From contig JBEVHX010000128.1 in the NCBI GenBank assembly GCA_040510995.1, forward strand, positions 1 to 40,776: a stretch of DNA of 40,776 bases, read 5' to 3'. The stretch's first letter is position 1; each line of letters starts with the position of its first letter. This document shows positions 8,734 through 18,245 of the stretch, piece by piece. The notes beneath the pieces are model-generated. The model was not told where the DNA came from. It ran no database searches and was given only the letters and a program-made list of their open reading frames with translations. Position numbers and translations under genes: made by a program. This DNA is from Candidatus Nanopelagicales bacterium. GTDB lineage: Bacteria; Actinomycetota; Actinomycetes; JBEVHX01.

Positions 8734-9267
8734 GTGATCCCGTGGTGGGTCTGGGTGCTGCTGGTGACGGCAGCGGTGGCCGTCTACCTGCGCTCGCTGG
8801 CCGGCCGGCTCGACCGGCTGCACATCCGGGTCGAGGCAGCGCGGTCCTCCCTCGACGCCGCCCTGGCCGACCGCAACGCTGCGGCGCTGGAGCTCGCGGC
8901 CTCGGGATTGCTCGACCCGGCGAGCAGCCTGCTCGTCGCCGAGGCGGCGCATGATGCTCGCGAGTCGACCCGGCCGCACCGCCCGCAGCAAGAAGGCGAC
9001 CTGAGCCGCGCGCTGCGGGCGGCGCTCGACGACCAAGAGGACGTCCAGAGCCTTCGCCGCAACCCGGCCGGCGAGGCGATCATCGGCGGGCTCGGGGCCG
9101 CGGGCACACGCGTGGTCTACGCGCGGCAGTTCCACAACGAGGTCGTCCGCGCGACCTTGCGACTGCGCGAGCGCCCGGTGGTCAAGGGGTTGCGCCTGGC
9201 CGGGACCGCGCCGTGGCCCACGCCGTTCGAGATGGACGACGCCCCGCCCGCAGCCCTCGTGAGCTGA
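8734..9267 (+). CDS. Hypothetical N-terminally membrane-anchored protein (possibly distantly LemA-like)
   Basis: The GTG at 8734 gives VIPWWVWVLLVTAAVAVYL (one TM helix) followed by an Ala/Arg/Leu-rich helical domain. Coding-like G/C third positions. The LemA-like comparison is a weak impression from RLDRLHIRVEAARSSLDAAL only. Confidence 0.55.
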   Translation: MIPWWVWVLLVTAAVAVYLRSLAGRLDRLHIRVEAARSSLDAALADRNAAALELAASGLLDPASSLLVAEAAHDARESTRPHRPQQEGDLSRALRAALDDQEDVQSLRRNPAGEAIIGGLGAAGTRVVYARQFHNEVVRATLRLRERPVVKGLRLAGTAPWPTPFEMDDAPPAALVS

Positions 9268-9334
9268 GCTGATCCGTCCTCCTTTGCGCGTCGGTGCGCG
9301 GAGCATCCCTCGGCAGCACCTACCATTTCCCGTC

Positions 9335-10399
9335 GTGAAACGCCGTCTCGGGTTGCGAACCACTGGGCTGCTGGCCGTGCTGGGCCTGGCGCTCGGTGTT
9401 GCAGCCTGCGGCGGGGGCGCCGCGCTGGATGACGCCAGCCCGGTCGCCGAAGACAACGCCTCGGTCTCTCCGACTCCGACGCCGACGCCACCTCCGCCGC
9501 CTCCGCCCCCACCCCCACCGCCCCCGCCGGTACCGACCTCGCTGCTGGCAGGGAAGCCAAACGTGACCGATGGGCCGGCGCTCGCGATCAAGATCGACAA
9601 CATCAACCAGGCGTTGCCGCACGTTGGGCTGACCTCAGCCGACGTGGTCTACGTCAAGCAGGTCGAGTACGGCCTGACCCGGTTGCTCGCCGTCTACTCC
9701 TCGAGTCTGCCGCCCAAGATCGGCCCGGTCCGCAGCGCGCGCATCTCCGACCTGGAACTGCTCGCGCAGTACGGACCGGTCGCGTTCGCCTATTCCGGTG
9801 CGAACGGCGGAGTGGTCTCCGCGATCAATTCCTCGCCGCTGCGCTCGGTGAGCCATGACTCCAGCGGCGTCGGCTATTGGCGAGAGAGGGGCCGATCGGC
9901 GCCGCACAACTTGTTCGGTGACCCGGTCCAACTGCTCGGCCGGAGGCCCGACGCGCCCGTCACCCGCGACGTCGGTTTCCGGTTCGGCCCGCTGCCGGCC
10001 GGGGGACGACCCGCGACGCGCGTGGTGGCGAGCTACCCAGACGCCAGCATCGCGCTGGCATACGACCCAGGAACCGGGCGCTGGCTGTACTCCTTGAACG
10101 GCCGCGCGGACCAAACACCAACCGAGGGCCAGGCAGGCGGAACGACTGTGATCGTGCAGTACGTGGACGTGAGGCCCTCCGAGTACGGCCGCGGTGCGGC
10201 GAACACGCCGTACACCGCGACCGTCGGCTCCGGCGGCGCCGTCGTCCTGCGCGACGGCCAGGCCTTCGACGTGACGTGGCAGCGGCCGAGCCCGGACGCG
10301 CCGACCCAGTACCTGTTCAACGGCGTCGACATGCCCCTGGCGGCCGGCCAGGTCTGGGTCGTGCTCATCGACAAGAACCGCCCGGCATCAGTCACCTGA
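9335..10399 (+). CDS. DUF3048-family (YerB-like) lipoprotein with a poly-proline linker
   Basis: The GTG at 9335 gives the signal peptide VKRRLGLRTTGLLAVLGLALGVAAC with lipobox-like VAAC. A Pro/Thr linker follows, then the DUF3048-like core (AIKIDNINQALPHVGLTSADVVYVKQVEYGLTRLLAVYSS). The start could instead be the 9284 codon given in the ORF track. Confidence 0.75.
   Translation: MKRRLGLRTTGLLAVLGLALGVAACGGGAALDDASPVAEDNASVSPTPTPTPPPPPPPPPPPPPPVPTSLLAGKPNVTDGPALAIKIDNINQALPHVGLTSADVVYVKQVEYGLTRLLAVYSSSLPPKIGPVRSARISDLELLAQYGPVAFAYSGANGGVVSAINSSPLRSVSHDSSGVGYWRERGRSAPHNLFGDPVQLLGRRPDAPVTRDVGFRFGPLPAGGRPATRVVASYPDASIALAYDPGTGRWLYSLNGRADQTPTEGQAGGTTVIVQYVDVRPSEYGRGAANTPYTATVGSGGAVVLRDGQAFDVTWQRPSPDAPTQYLFNGVDMPLAAGQVWVVLIDKNRPASVT
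9488..9529 (+). repeat. Run of 14 consecutive proline codons (preceded by PTPTPT) inside the lipoprotein gene
   Basis: Direct reading: cca cct ccg ccg cct ccg ccc cca ccc cca ccg ccc ccg ccg, followed by gta. Confidence 0.95.
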
Positions 10400-10450
10400 C
10401 GCCGGCCACCGATCCCTGATTGGCCCGGCGGAAGCAGGCCCATTCCGGCG

Positions 10451-10456
10451 TACGCT
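10451..10456 (+). promoter_or_regulatory. Putative -10 hexamer (TACGCT) for a leaderless pdxS transcript
   Basis: The TANNNT hexamer ends 6 nt before the ATG at 10463. No Shine-Dalgarno sequence lies between them. Confidence 0.4.
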
Positions 10457-10462
10457 GGCGGC

Positions 10463-11353
<891 letters not shown>

Positions 11354-11379
11354 CTGGCGGAGCCGGCTGAAGCGGAGTC

Positions 11380-12000
11380 ATGACACGTCCGACGGTCGGC
11401 GTCCTGGCGCTCCAGGGCGACTTCAGGGAGCACCAGCGGGTCCTCACCTCGCTTGGGGCCCGAGCGGTGGGCGTTCGCCGCTCCTCGGAGCTCGACGCGG
11501 TGGACGCGCTGGTCATTCCGGGCGGTGAGTCCACGACGATCGGCAAGCTCGCGGTCGCGTTCGACCTGCTGCAGCCGATCCGCAAGCGGCTGGCGGCGGG
11601 CATGCCCGCATACGGCTCATGTGCCGGGCTGATCATGCTCGCGGACCGGCTGGTGGACGCGCCGCCGGATCAGGTGACCTTCGGCGGGCTCGACGTGGCC
11701 GTGCGGCGCAACGCGTTCGGGCGGCAGGTGGACTCCTTCGAGGAGGACCTGGAGTTCGCCGGGGTCGACGGGACACCGGTGCACGCGGTCTTCATCCGGG
11801 CCCCGTGGGTTGAGGCGGTCGGGCCGTTCGTCCAGGTGCTGGCTCGCGTTCCGAGCACGCATGCGGCAGGTGACGCCGCGGGTAAGGTCGTCGCCGTCCG
11901 GCAGGGGAGCCTGCTCGCGACGTCGTTCCATCCGGAGCTGATGACCGGGGACACCCGGGTGCACCGGCTGTTCGTCGAGATCGTGAGAGGGCAGGCATGA
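11380..12000 (+). CDS. pdxT: Pyridoxal 5'-phosphate synthase glutaminase subunit PdxT
   Basis: [19 protein letters not shown], the active-site C in [10 protein letters not shown], and the C-terminal SFHPEL. It follows pdxS. Confidence 0.95.
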   Translation: MTRPTVGVLALQGDFREHQRVLTSLGARAVGVRRSSELDAVDALVIPGGESTTIGKLAVAFDLLQPIRKRLAAGMPAYGSCAGLIMLADRLVDAPPDQVTFGGLDVAVRRNAFGRQVDSFEEDLEFAGVDGTPVHAVFIRAPWVEAVGPFVQVLARVPSTHAAGDAAGKVVAVRQGSLLATSFHPELMTGDTRVHRLFVEIVRGQA

Positions 12001-12746
12001 GCGGCCACTCCAAGTGGGCGACCACCAAGCACAAGAAGGCGGTCGTGGACGCCAAGCGTGGCAAGCTCTTCGCGAAGCTGATCAAGAACATCGAGGTGGC
12101 CGCGCGGACCGGCGGGGGAGACCCGGCTGGGAACCCGACGCTGTACGACGCGATCCAGAAGGCGAAGAAGTCGTCCGTCCCCAACGACAACATCGACCGC
12201 GCCGTCAAGCGGGGGTCCGGCGCCGAGGCCGGCGGCGCCGAGTACCAGACGATCATGTACGAGGGCTACGGCCCGAACGGCGTGGCGGTGCTCATCGAGT
12301 GCCTGACGGACAACCGCAACCGGGCGGCGTCCGATGTCCGGGTCGCGATGACCCGCAACGGCGGCTCGATGGCCGACCCGGGCTCGGTGTCGTACCTGTT
12401 CAACCGCAAGGGTGTCGTCATCGTCCCGGCTGCCGGCCTGTCCGAGGACGACGTGCTCGGCGCCGTGCTCGACGCCGGCGCCGAGGAGGTGAACGACCTC
12501 GGCGAGTCCTTCGAGGTCGTCTCCGAGGCCGGCGACCTGGTCGCGGTCCGGACCGCGCTGCAGGCTGCGGGCATCGACTACGAGTCCGCGGAGGCGTCGT
12601 TCCTGCCATCGGTGTCGGTCCCGCTGGACGAGGACGGCGCGCGCAGGATCTTCAGGTTGATCGATGCCCTCGAGGACAGCGACGACGTGCAGAGCGTCTA
12701 CGCCAACTTCGACGTGTCGGACGACATCATGGAAGCGGTCGGCTAG
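11997..12746 (+). CDS. yebC: YebC/PmpR-family DNA-binding transcriptional regulator
   Basis: The N-terminus [37 protein letters not shown] is diagnostic. ATGA overlap with pdxT. Confidence 0.95.
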   Translation: MSGHSKWATTKHKKAVVDAKRGKLFAKLIKNIEVAARTGGGDPAGNPTLYDAIQKAKKSSVPNDNIDRAVKRGSGAEAGGAEYQTIMYEGYGPNGVAVLIECLTDNRNRAASDVRVAMTRNGGSMADPGSVSYLFNRKGVVIVPAAGLSEDDVLGAVLDAGAEEVNDLGESFEVVSEAGDLVAVRTALQAAGIDYESAEASFLPSVSVPLDEDGARRIFRLIDALEDSDDVQSVYANFDVSDDIMEAVG

Positions 12747-12752
12747 TAGCCT
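12747..12752 (+). promoter_or_regulatory. Putative -10 hexamer (TAGCCT) for a leaderless ruvC(AB) transcript
   Basis: The TANNNT hexamer starts immediately after the yebC stop and ends 7 nt before the ruvC ATG at 12760. Confidence 0.4.
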
Positions 12753-12753
12753 C

Positions 12754-12769
12754 CCGAACATGAGTTCGA
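12754..12769. promoter_or_regulatory. LexA (SOS) box candidate CCGAAC-ATGA-GTTCGA spanning the ruvC start codon
   Basis: 15 of 16 positions match the actinobacterial SOS-box palindrome TCGAAC-N4-GTTCGA. The arms CGAAC/GTTCG are a perfect inverted repeat. The ruvC ATG lies in the spacer. Confidence 0.65.
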
Positions 12770-13275
12770 AGCGGGTGCTCGGCGTCGACCCGGGGCTGAC
12801 CCGCTGCGGGCTCGGTGTGGTCGAGGGTGCGGTGGGCCGACGGTTGTCGTTGGTCGCCGTCGACGTCGTGCGAACCCCGGCCGATGCCCCGGTCGCGGAG
12901 CGACTGCTCACGATCGCTGCCGCGATCGAAGCCTGGATCGTCTCGTATGCGCCGGACGCCGTGGCCGTCGAGCAGGTCTTCAGCCAGCTGAATGTCCGAA
13001 CGGTCATGGGCACCGCCCAGGCCAGCGGGGTGGCGTTGGCCGCTGCCGCGCGCAGCGGTTGCGCCGTGGCGTTGCACACGCCGAGCGAGGTCAAGGCCGC
13101 GATCACCGGAAACGGCCGTGCGGACAAGGCGCAGGTGGGGTTCATGGTGCAGCGACTCCTCCGCCTGGAGGCGACGCCGACCCCGGCCGATGCCGCCGAT
13201 GCACTGGCGCTGGCGATCTGCCACCTGTGGCGGGGAGCCGCATACGAACGGTTGGCACAGGTGGTTCGGTCGTGA
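12760..13275 (+). CDS. ruvC: Crossover junction endodeoxyribonuclease RuvC
   Basis: The [19 protein letters not shown]-terminus (catalytic D), the ...VEQVF... motif and the C-terminal [12 protein letters not shown] are typical of RuvC. The ATG at 12760 is chosen over the 12664 start in the ORF track, which runs through yebC. Confidence 0.93.
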   Translation: MSSKRVLGVDPGLTRCGLGVVEGAVGRRLSLVAVDVVRTPADAPVAERLLTIAAAIEAWIVSYAPDAVAVEQVFSQLNVRTVMGTAQASGVALAAAARSGCAVALHTPSEVKAAITGNGRADKAQVGFMVQRLLRLEATPTPADAADALALAICHLWRGAAYERLAQVVRS

Positions 13276-13871
13276 TCGCATCGGTGACCGGGCGCGTCAT
13301 CGCCCTCGCGCCCGCGCAGGCCGTCATCGAGGTCGGAGGCATCGGGCTGGCCGTGGAGTGCACGCCGGGCACGCTCGCCCGGCTGCGGCTGGGCGAGACC
13401 GCGCGGTTGGCGACGTCATTGGTGGTTCGCGAGGACTCGCTCACGCTGTACGGGTTCGCGGAGGAAGACGAGCGGGCGGTGTTCGAGCTCGTGCAGACCG
13501 CCAGCGGGGTCGGGCCGCGGTTGGCGCAGGCCATGCTCGCCGTCCACTCACCCGATGAGCTGCGTCGGGCGGTGGCGACCGAGGACCTGGTCACGCTCAC
13601 CCAGGTGCCCGGGATCGGACGCAAGGGGGCGCAGCGCATCGTGCTCGAGCTGAAGGACCGCCTGGGTGCCCCAGCCGGGCGGCTGTCCGACGTGCCTCAA
13701 CCCGCCGGGGACTGGCGGGCGCAGGTGCACAGCGGGTTGCTCGGTCTCGGCTGGTCGACTCGTGAGGCGGACGACGCGGTGGTCGCCGTGGCGCCGCTGG
13801 CCGAGCCCGATGGCCCCTCGGACGTGGCGGCCCTGCTGCGGGCCGCGCTCAAGACGTTGAGCCGAGCCTGA
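13272..13871 (+). CDS. ruvA: Holliday junction branch migration complex subunit RuvA
   Basis: VIASVTGRV...[36 protein letters not shown], and [21 protein letters not shown] (helix-hairpin-helix motifs). GTGA overlap with ruvC. Confidence 0.93.
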   Translation: MIASVTGRVIALAPAQAVIEVGGIGLAVECTPGTLARLRLGETARLATSLVVREDSLTLYGFAEEDERAVFELVQTASGVGPRLAQAMLAVHSPDELRRAVATEDLVTLTQVPGIGRKGAQRIVLELKDRLGAPAGRLSDVPQPAGDWRAQVHSGLLGLGWSTREADDAVVAVAPLAEPDGPSDVAALLRAALKTLSRA

Positions 13872-13872
13872 G

Positions 13873-14892
13873 GTGGAGTCGCTGGTGCGGCCGGACTCCG
13901 AGGCCGACGAGCGGGCCGCCGAGGCGGCGCTCCGACCGCGGCGCCTCGACGAGTGCGTCGGCCAGGAACGAGTCCGCGAGCAGTTGGGTCTGGTGCTGGA
14001 CGCGGCTCGCGGGCGCGGCAGCGCGCCCGACCACGTGCTGTTCTCCGGCCCGCCAGGGCTCGGCAAGACCACCCTGGCGATGATCATCGCGCATGAGTTG
14101 GAGGCGCCCATGCGCATCAGCAGCGGGCCGGCGATCACCCACGCCGGCGACCTGGCCGCGATCCTGTCATCCCTCGCCGAGGGGGAGGTGCTCTTCCTCG
14201 ACGAGATCCACCGGATGGCCCGGCCGGCCGAAGAGATGCTCTACATGGCGATGGAGGACTTCCGGGTCGACGTCGTCGTGGGCAAGGGACCCGGTGCCAC
14301 CGCGATCCCGCTCGACCTGCCGCGGTTCACCCTGGTCGGGGCCACGACCCGGGCCGGCCTGCTCCCCGGCCCGCTGCGGGACCGGTTCGGCTTCACCGCT
14401 CACCTGGACTTCTACGCCGTCGACGAGCTGGTCCAGCTGCTCGAACGCTCGGCCCGGCTGCTCGACGTGCCGGCCGAGCCGAGCGGGCTGGTGGAGATCG
14501 CGGGTCGGTCCCGGGGCACGCCGCGGATCGCCAACCGGCTGCTCCGCCGGGTCCGCGACTACGCCCAGGTCAAGGCCGACGGGGTGGTCACTGTCGCGGT
14601 GGCCCAGGCGGCGTTGGCTGTCTACGACGTGGACGAGCAGGGGCTCGACCGGCTCGACCGGGCTGTGCTGGACGCGCTGTGCCGCCGCTTCGGTGGCGGG
14701 CCGGTGGGCCTCGCGACCCTCGCGGTCGCCGTCGGCGAGGAGCGCGAGACGGTCGAGGAGGTCGTCGAGCCGTTCCTGGTCCGCAGCGGGTTGCTTGCCC
14801 GCACCCCACGCGGGCGGATCGCGACCGCGTCCGCGTGGTCTCACCTGGGAATGGTCGCCGTGGACAGCCAGCCCGGTCTGTTCAGGGTCTGA
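13873..14892 (+). CDS. ruvB: Holliday junction branch migration DNA helicase RuvB
   Basis: [19 protein letters not shown], Walker [12 protein letters not shown], Walker [18 protein letters not shown], and [16 protein letters not shown]. Confidence 0.97.
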   Translation: MESLVRPDSEADERAAEAALRPRRLDECVGQERVREQLGLVLDAARGRGSAPDHVLFSGPPGLGKTTLAMIIAHELEAPMRISSGPAITHAGDLAAILSSLAEGEVLFLDEIHRMARPAEEMLYMAMEDFRVDVVVGKGPGATAIPLDLPRFTLVGATTRAGLLPGPLRDRFGFTAHLDFYAVDELVQLLERSARLLDVPAEPSGLVEIAGRSRGTPRIANRLLRRVRDYAQVKADGVVTVAVAQAALAVYDVDEQGLDRLDRAVLDALCRRFGGGPVGLATLAVAVGEERETVEEVVEPFLVRSGLLARTPRGRIATASAWSHLGMVAVDSQPGLFRV

Positions 14893-14964
14893 GCAGACGT
14901 ACACTTTCCAGGCTTCGTGGGTTGCCGGCCATGCTCGGCCCCGCGCCAATCCCTGGAGGTTTTC

Positions 14965-15300
14965 GTGGAAGCGCTGCTGCCGCTCATCCTGCTGGTGGCC
15001 GTGTTCTACCTGCTCATCCTGCGGCCGGCGCGCAAGCGGCAGCAGGAGTCCCAGCAGATCACTCGCGCCCTGGCGCCGGGCGTCGAGGTGATGACCGCGG
15101 GCGGCATCTTCGGCACCATCCGGTCGGTAGGCGAGGGCGAGGTCACCGTCGAGGTGGCGCCCGGTACCACCCTGCGGATGGTGACGGGCGCGATCGCCAA
15201 GGTCGTCCAGCCGAAGTCTGAAGCGCCGCAGGACCCGACCGGGGCCGGCAGCGACACCGAACCCACCGACGAAGGGCTGTCGGGCAACCAGGCATCCTGA
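14965..15300 (+). CDS. yajC: Preprotein translocase subunit YajC
   Basis: TM helix LLPLILLVAVFYLLILRP, then RKRQ...L..G..V.T.GGI.G.I. The GTG at 14965 has GGAGG 6 nt upstream; the 14917 start in the ORF track lacks an RBS. Confidence 0.88.
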   Translation: MEALLPLILLVAVFYLLILRPARKRQQESQQITRALAPGVEVMTAGGIFGTIRSVGEGEVTVEVAPGTTLRMVTGAIAKVVQPKSEAPQDPTGAGSDTEPTDEGLSGNQAS

Positions 15301-15384
15301 GAGCCGAAACCGATCGCTCTCAGCCGCGTCGGTCATACTGCGCGGCCGGCACATGGCACATCGAACACCCAAGGAGAGGTGACC

Positions 15385-17079
15385 GTGGCGACGAAGTCGT
15401 CGACACCGACGGTCTCACGGCCGGGCCGGGCCCTCGCGGTCCTGGCATTGCTCCTCGTCGGCATGTATACCGCCATGGCGCTGACCGGCAACTGGACGCC
15501 GAATCTCGGTCTCGACCTGCAGGGCGGGACGAGCATCACCCTGATTCCGCGGCCGGCCGAGGGCCAGGATGCTGCGAGTGACGAGCAGATCGATCGCGCG
15601 ATCGAGCTGCTCGAGCGTCGGGTCAACGCCGAAGGCGTCGCCGAGCCGGACATCCAGGCACAGGGCAGCGGGTCGAGCCAGACGATCGTCATCTCGCTCC
15701 CCGGCGCCACCCAGCAGGACTTGATCGACTCGATCGGCAAGCCGTACCGCATGGACTTCCGCCCCGTGCTGGCCGCCGCCCCCGGCGTGCCGGCGACCGC
15801 GCCGAGCCCATCTGCGTCCCCAACAGCGTCCCCAACAGCGTCTCCAACAGCGTCCCCCGCCGGCCGGGCCACGCCGCAGGGCCTGGCCGCCGCGCCCGCA
15901 CCAACTCCGTCTGCGACGCCGGAGCCGAGCCCGTCCGTCCCACCCTCGGTGCCGACCACCGACCCGACCTTGGACGCTCTCGGCATCAGCCCGGAGCTGC
16001 AGCAGGAGTTTCTCGAGAAGGACTGCACCGACCCGGACCAGCGTGGGCAGGACGTCGAGACGCCGGACGAGCCGATCGTCGCGTGCAGCACTGACGGCGC
16101 GACGAAGTACCTACTCGGACCGGTCGCCGTCAGGGGCTCCGACCTGACGAGCGCCCAGGCAGGCGTGCGGCAGGACGGCACCGGTGTGTGGGTGGTCAAC
16201 CTGGAGTTCAACGGTGAAGGCACTGCGGCCTTCCGCGAGACCACTGAGACGCTCGTCAGCAAGACCGGGGCCGAGAACGCGTTCGCGATCGTGCTGGACG
16301 GCGAGGTCATCACGGCCCCCGGCGTCAACAACGCGATCGTCGACGGCAGGGCCGAGATCTCCGGCGACTTCAACCAGACCACCGCGAAGGAGCTGGCGAG
16401 CAACCTCGACCTTGGCGCCCTGCCCATCTCGTTCGAGGTCGGGACCGCGCAGACGGTGTCCTCGACGCTGGGCGCGGACTACCTCGAGAAGGCGCTGATC
16501 GCCGGCGCCGTGGGTCTGCTGCTTGTCGTCCTGTACTCGCTGCTCTACTACCGGGGCCTCGGGATCGTTTCGATCTTCAGCCTCGCGGTCGCAGCGGCGG
16601 TCACGTACGCGCTCGTCGTGCTCCTCGATGTCACCTTGATCCTCGCCGGCGTCGCCGGGGCAATCGTCGCCATCGGTATCACCGCAGACTCCTTCGTCGT
16701 GTACTTCGAGCGGATCCGCGATGAGGTCCGCGAGGGCAAGACGCTGCGGGTCGCGGTCGAGACCGGGTGGAAGCGGGCCCGCCGCACGATCCTGTCCGCG
16801 GACTTCGTGTCGATCCTCGCGGCAGGCGTGCTGTTCTTCGTCAGCGTGGGCAATGTTCGCGTGTTCGCGTTGATCCTGGGGCTGACCACAGTGGTGGACA
16901 TCCTCGTCGTGTTCCTGTTCACCAAACCGATGATTGTGTTGCTGGCGAGGACCAAGTTCTTCGGTGGCGGCCACAAGTGGTCCGGCTTGGACCCGGCGCA
17001 CCTGGGGATGGCGACGCCGGGCCCGCTGTTGGTCGGCCGGCGTCATCCCGCGGTGAAGCCCGCCACGAAGGAGGCCTGA
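15385..17079 (+). CDS. secD: Protein translocase subunit SecD
   Basis: LGLDLQGGTSITL. A large periplasmic domain is followed by a 6-TM C-terminal block (GITADSFVVYFERIRDE). The GTG at 15385 lies 6 nt after AAGGAGAG; the GTG at 15379 is an alternative. Confidence 0.93.
   Translation: MATKSSTPTVSRPGRALAVLALLLVGMYTAMALTGNWTPNLGLDLQGGTSITLIPRPAEGQDAASDEQIDRAIELLERRVNAEGVAEPDIQAQGSGSSQTIVISLPGATQQDLIDSIGKPYRMDFRPVLAAAPGVPATAPSPSASPTASPTASPTASPAGRATPQGLAAAPAPTPSATPEPSPSVPPSVPTTDPTLDALGISPELQQEFLEKDCTDPDQRGQDVETPDEPIVACSTDGATKYLLGPVAVRGSDLTSAQAGVRQDGTGVWVVNLEFNGEGTAAFRETTETLVSKTGAENAFAIVLDGEVITAPGVNNAIVDGRAEISGDFNQTTAKELASNLDLGALPISFEVGTAQTVSSTLGADYLEKALIAGAVGLLLVVLYSLLYYRGLGIVSIFSLAVAAAVTYALVVLLDVTLILAGVAGAIVAIGITADSFVVYFERIRDEVREGKTLRVAVETGWKRARRTILSADFVSILAAGVLFFVSVGNVRVFALILGLTTVVDILVVFLFTKPMIVLLARTKFFGGGHKWSGLDPAHLGMATPGPLLVGRRHPAVKPATKEA
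15808..15855 (+). repeat. In-frame 12-bp tandem repeat (ccaacagcgtcc x3 plus one degenerate copy) encoding (P-T/S-A-S)n in the SecD periplasmic linker
   Basis: Direct reading: ccatctgcgtcc / ccaacagcgtcc / ccaacagcgtct / ccaacagcgtcc. It translates to PSAS PTAS PTAS PTAS. Confidence 0.95.
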
Positions 17080-18233
17080 TGTCGCGCCTTGGCACGCTGT
17101 CCGGTCAGCTGTACCGCGGTGAGGTTTCCTACGACTTCGTCGGCCGCCGTCGCCGCTGGTACACGATCTCGATCATCATCACGGTCATCGCGCTGGCGTC
17201 GCTGGCCTTCCGCGGGCTCAACCTCGGCATCGAGTTCACGGGCGGTGCGGTCTTCACCGTGCCGACCACCACCGGCACCGTCGAACAGGCCAGGGAAACC
17301 GTCGCCGACGCTGGCGTCGAGGGCCAGGCCATCGTGCAGATCGTCGGCACTGGTGACAACCGCTCCTTGCGCATCGAGACCGAGGAGCTGACTGTCGCGG
17401 AGTCGACGGAGGTCACTCAGGCGCTGGCGGAGGAGTTCGACGTCTCGGTCGACGACGTCAGCACCGACATCGTCGGACCGTCCTGGGGTAAGCAGGTCAC
17501 GCAGAAGGCGATCACCGGCCTGGCCATCTTCCTGGTGCTGATCATGTTGTTCCTCGCGATCACCTACGAGTGGAAGATGGCGATCACGGGCGTGGTCGCG
17601 CTGGTGCACGACCTGATCATCACGATCGGCGTCTACTCGCTGCTCGGGATCGAGGTGACCCCGGCGACGGTGATCGGTGTCCTGACGATCCTCGGCTACT
17701 CCCTGTACGACACGGTCGTGGTCTTCGACGGCATCAAGGAGAACACCCGGAACCTCACCTCGGGCAGCCGGATGACGTACAGCCAGGCGGCGAACCTCTC
17801 GCTCAACCAGACCCTGGTCCGCTCGATCAACACGTCGATCATCGCGTTGCTCCCCGTCGCCGCCCTGCTGTTCGGTGGCGCGCTTCTGCTCGGCGCCGGC
17901 ACGCTGAAGGACCTCTCGCTGGCGCTGTTCGTCGGCATCATCGCCGGCACCTACAGCTCGATCTTCATCGCGACGCCGCTGCTCGCGCAGCTCAAGGAGC
18001 GCGAGCCGGCGATGCAGGCGCTGACCCGCCGCGTCGCCGGGCGTGGGGGTGGCAAGAAGGCCGCGAAACCGGTGGAGGTCGTGCCTGAGGAAGTCGTGCC
18101 CGAGGAGGTGGGGTCCGAGGATGTCGGGTCCGAGGAGCCGGCGCACCGATTGACGATGACCGGTCCCGCGGTACGGCCGGCCGGTCCGCGGCAGCAGCCC
18201 AAGCGCAAGCCGGCCAGCAAGCGCCGCAGCTGA
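17079..18233 (+). CDS. secF: Protein translocase subunit SecF with an acidic-repeat / basic C-terminal tail
   Basis: The ATG at 17079 overlaps the secD stop (TGATG). LNLGIEFTGG, and a 6-TM SecF block (GYSLYDTVVVFDGIKEN). The 16767 start in the ORF track runs through secD. Confidence 0.93.
   Translation: MSRLGTLSGQLYRGEVSYDFVGRRRRWYTISIIITVIALASLAFRGLNLGIEFTGGAVFTVPTTTGTVEQARETVADAGVEGQAIVQIVGTGDNRSLRIETEELTVAESTEVTQALAEEFDVSVDDVSTDIVGPSWGKQVTQKAITGLAIFLVLIMLFLAITYEWKMAITGVVALVHDLIITIGVYSLLGIEVTPATVIGVLTILGYSLYDTVVVFDGIKENTRNLTSGSRMTYSQAANLSLNQTLVRSINTSIIALLPVAALLFGGALLLGAGTLKDLSLALFVGIIAGTYSSIFIATPLLAQLKEREPAMQALTRRVAGRGGGKKAAKPVEVVPEEVVPEEVGSEDVGSEEPAHRLTMTGPAVRPAGPRQQPKRKPASKRRS
18078..18137 (+). 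repeat. Four in-frame 15-bp tandem units encoding VVPEE-VVPEE-VGSED-VGSEE in the SecF C-terminal tail
   Basis: Direct reading: gtcgtgcctgaggaa / gtcgtgcccgaggag / gtggggtccgaggat / gtcgggtccgaggag. Confidence 0.9.
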
Positions 18234-18245
18234 TACTCGGCGGAC

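Noticed and set aside
9279-9303. Imperfect hairpin (CTCC-TTT-GCGC-loop-GCGC-GGAG) after the 8734-9267 gene, and a 6-bp stem TGGGGG/CCCCCA at 5967-5988 in the fusA2/pgsA divergent region, considered as terminators or regulatory structures
   Set aside because: The stems are short (8 bp or less), one is bulged, and neither has a following T-tract. Structures like these arise by chance at this G+C content, so I cannot support a call without folding energetics or 3'-end data.
8701-9606. 301-aa minus-strand ORF containing a poly-glycine run (GGGGGGGGGGGGGG)
   Set aside because: The poly-Gly run is simply the reverse complement of the poly-Pro codons of the DUF3048 lipoprotein. The ORF also crosses the intergenic region and the preceding + strand gene. 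The + strand genes have a signal peptide and domain logic, and this ORF has none.
15808-18137. Short direct repeats in secD (12 bp) and secF (15 bp) considered as a possible CRISPR or minisatellite locus
   Set aside because: The units are contiguous with no spacers, are in frame, and encode Pro/Thr/Ala/Ser or acidic pentapeptide linkers inside well-supported genes. No cas genes are present.
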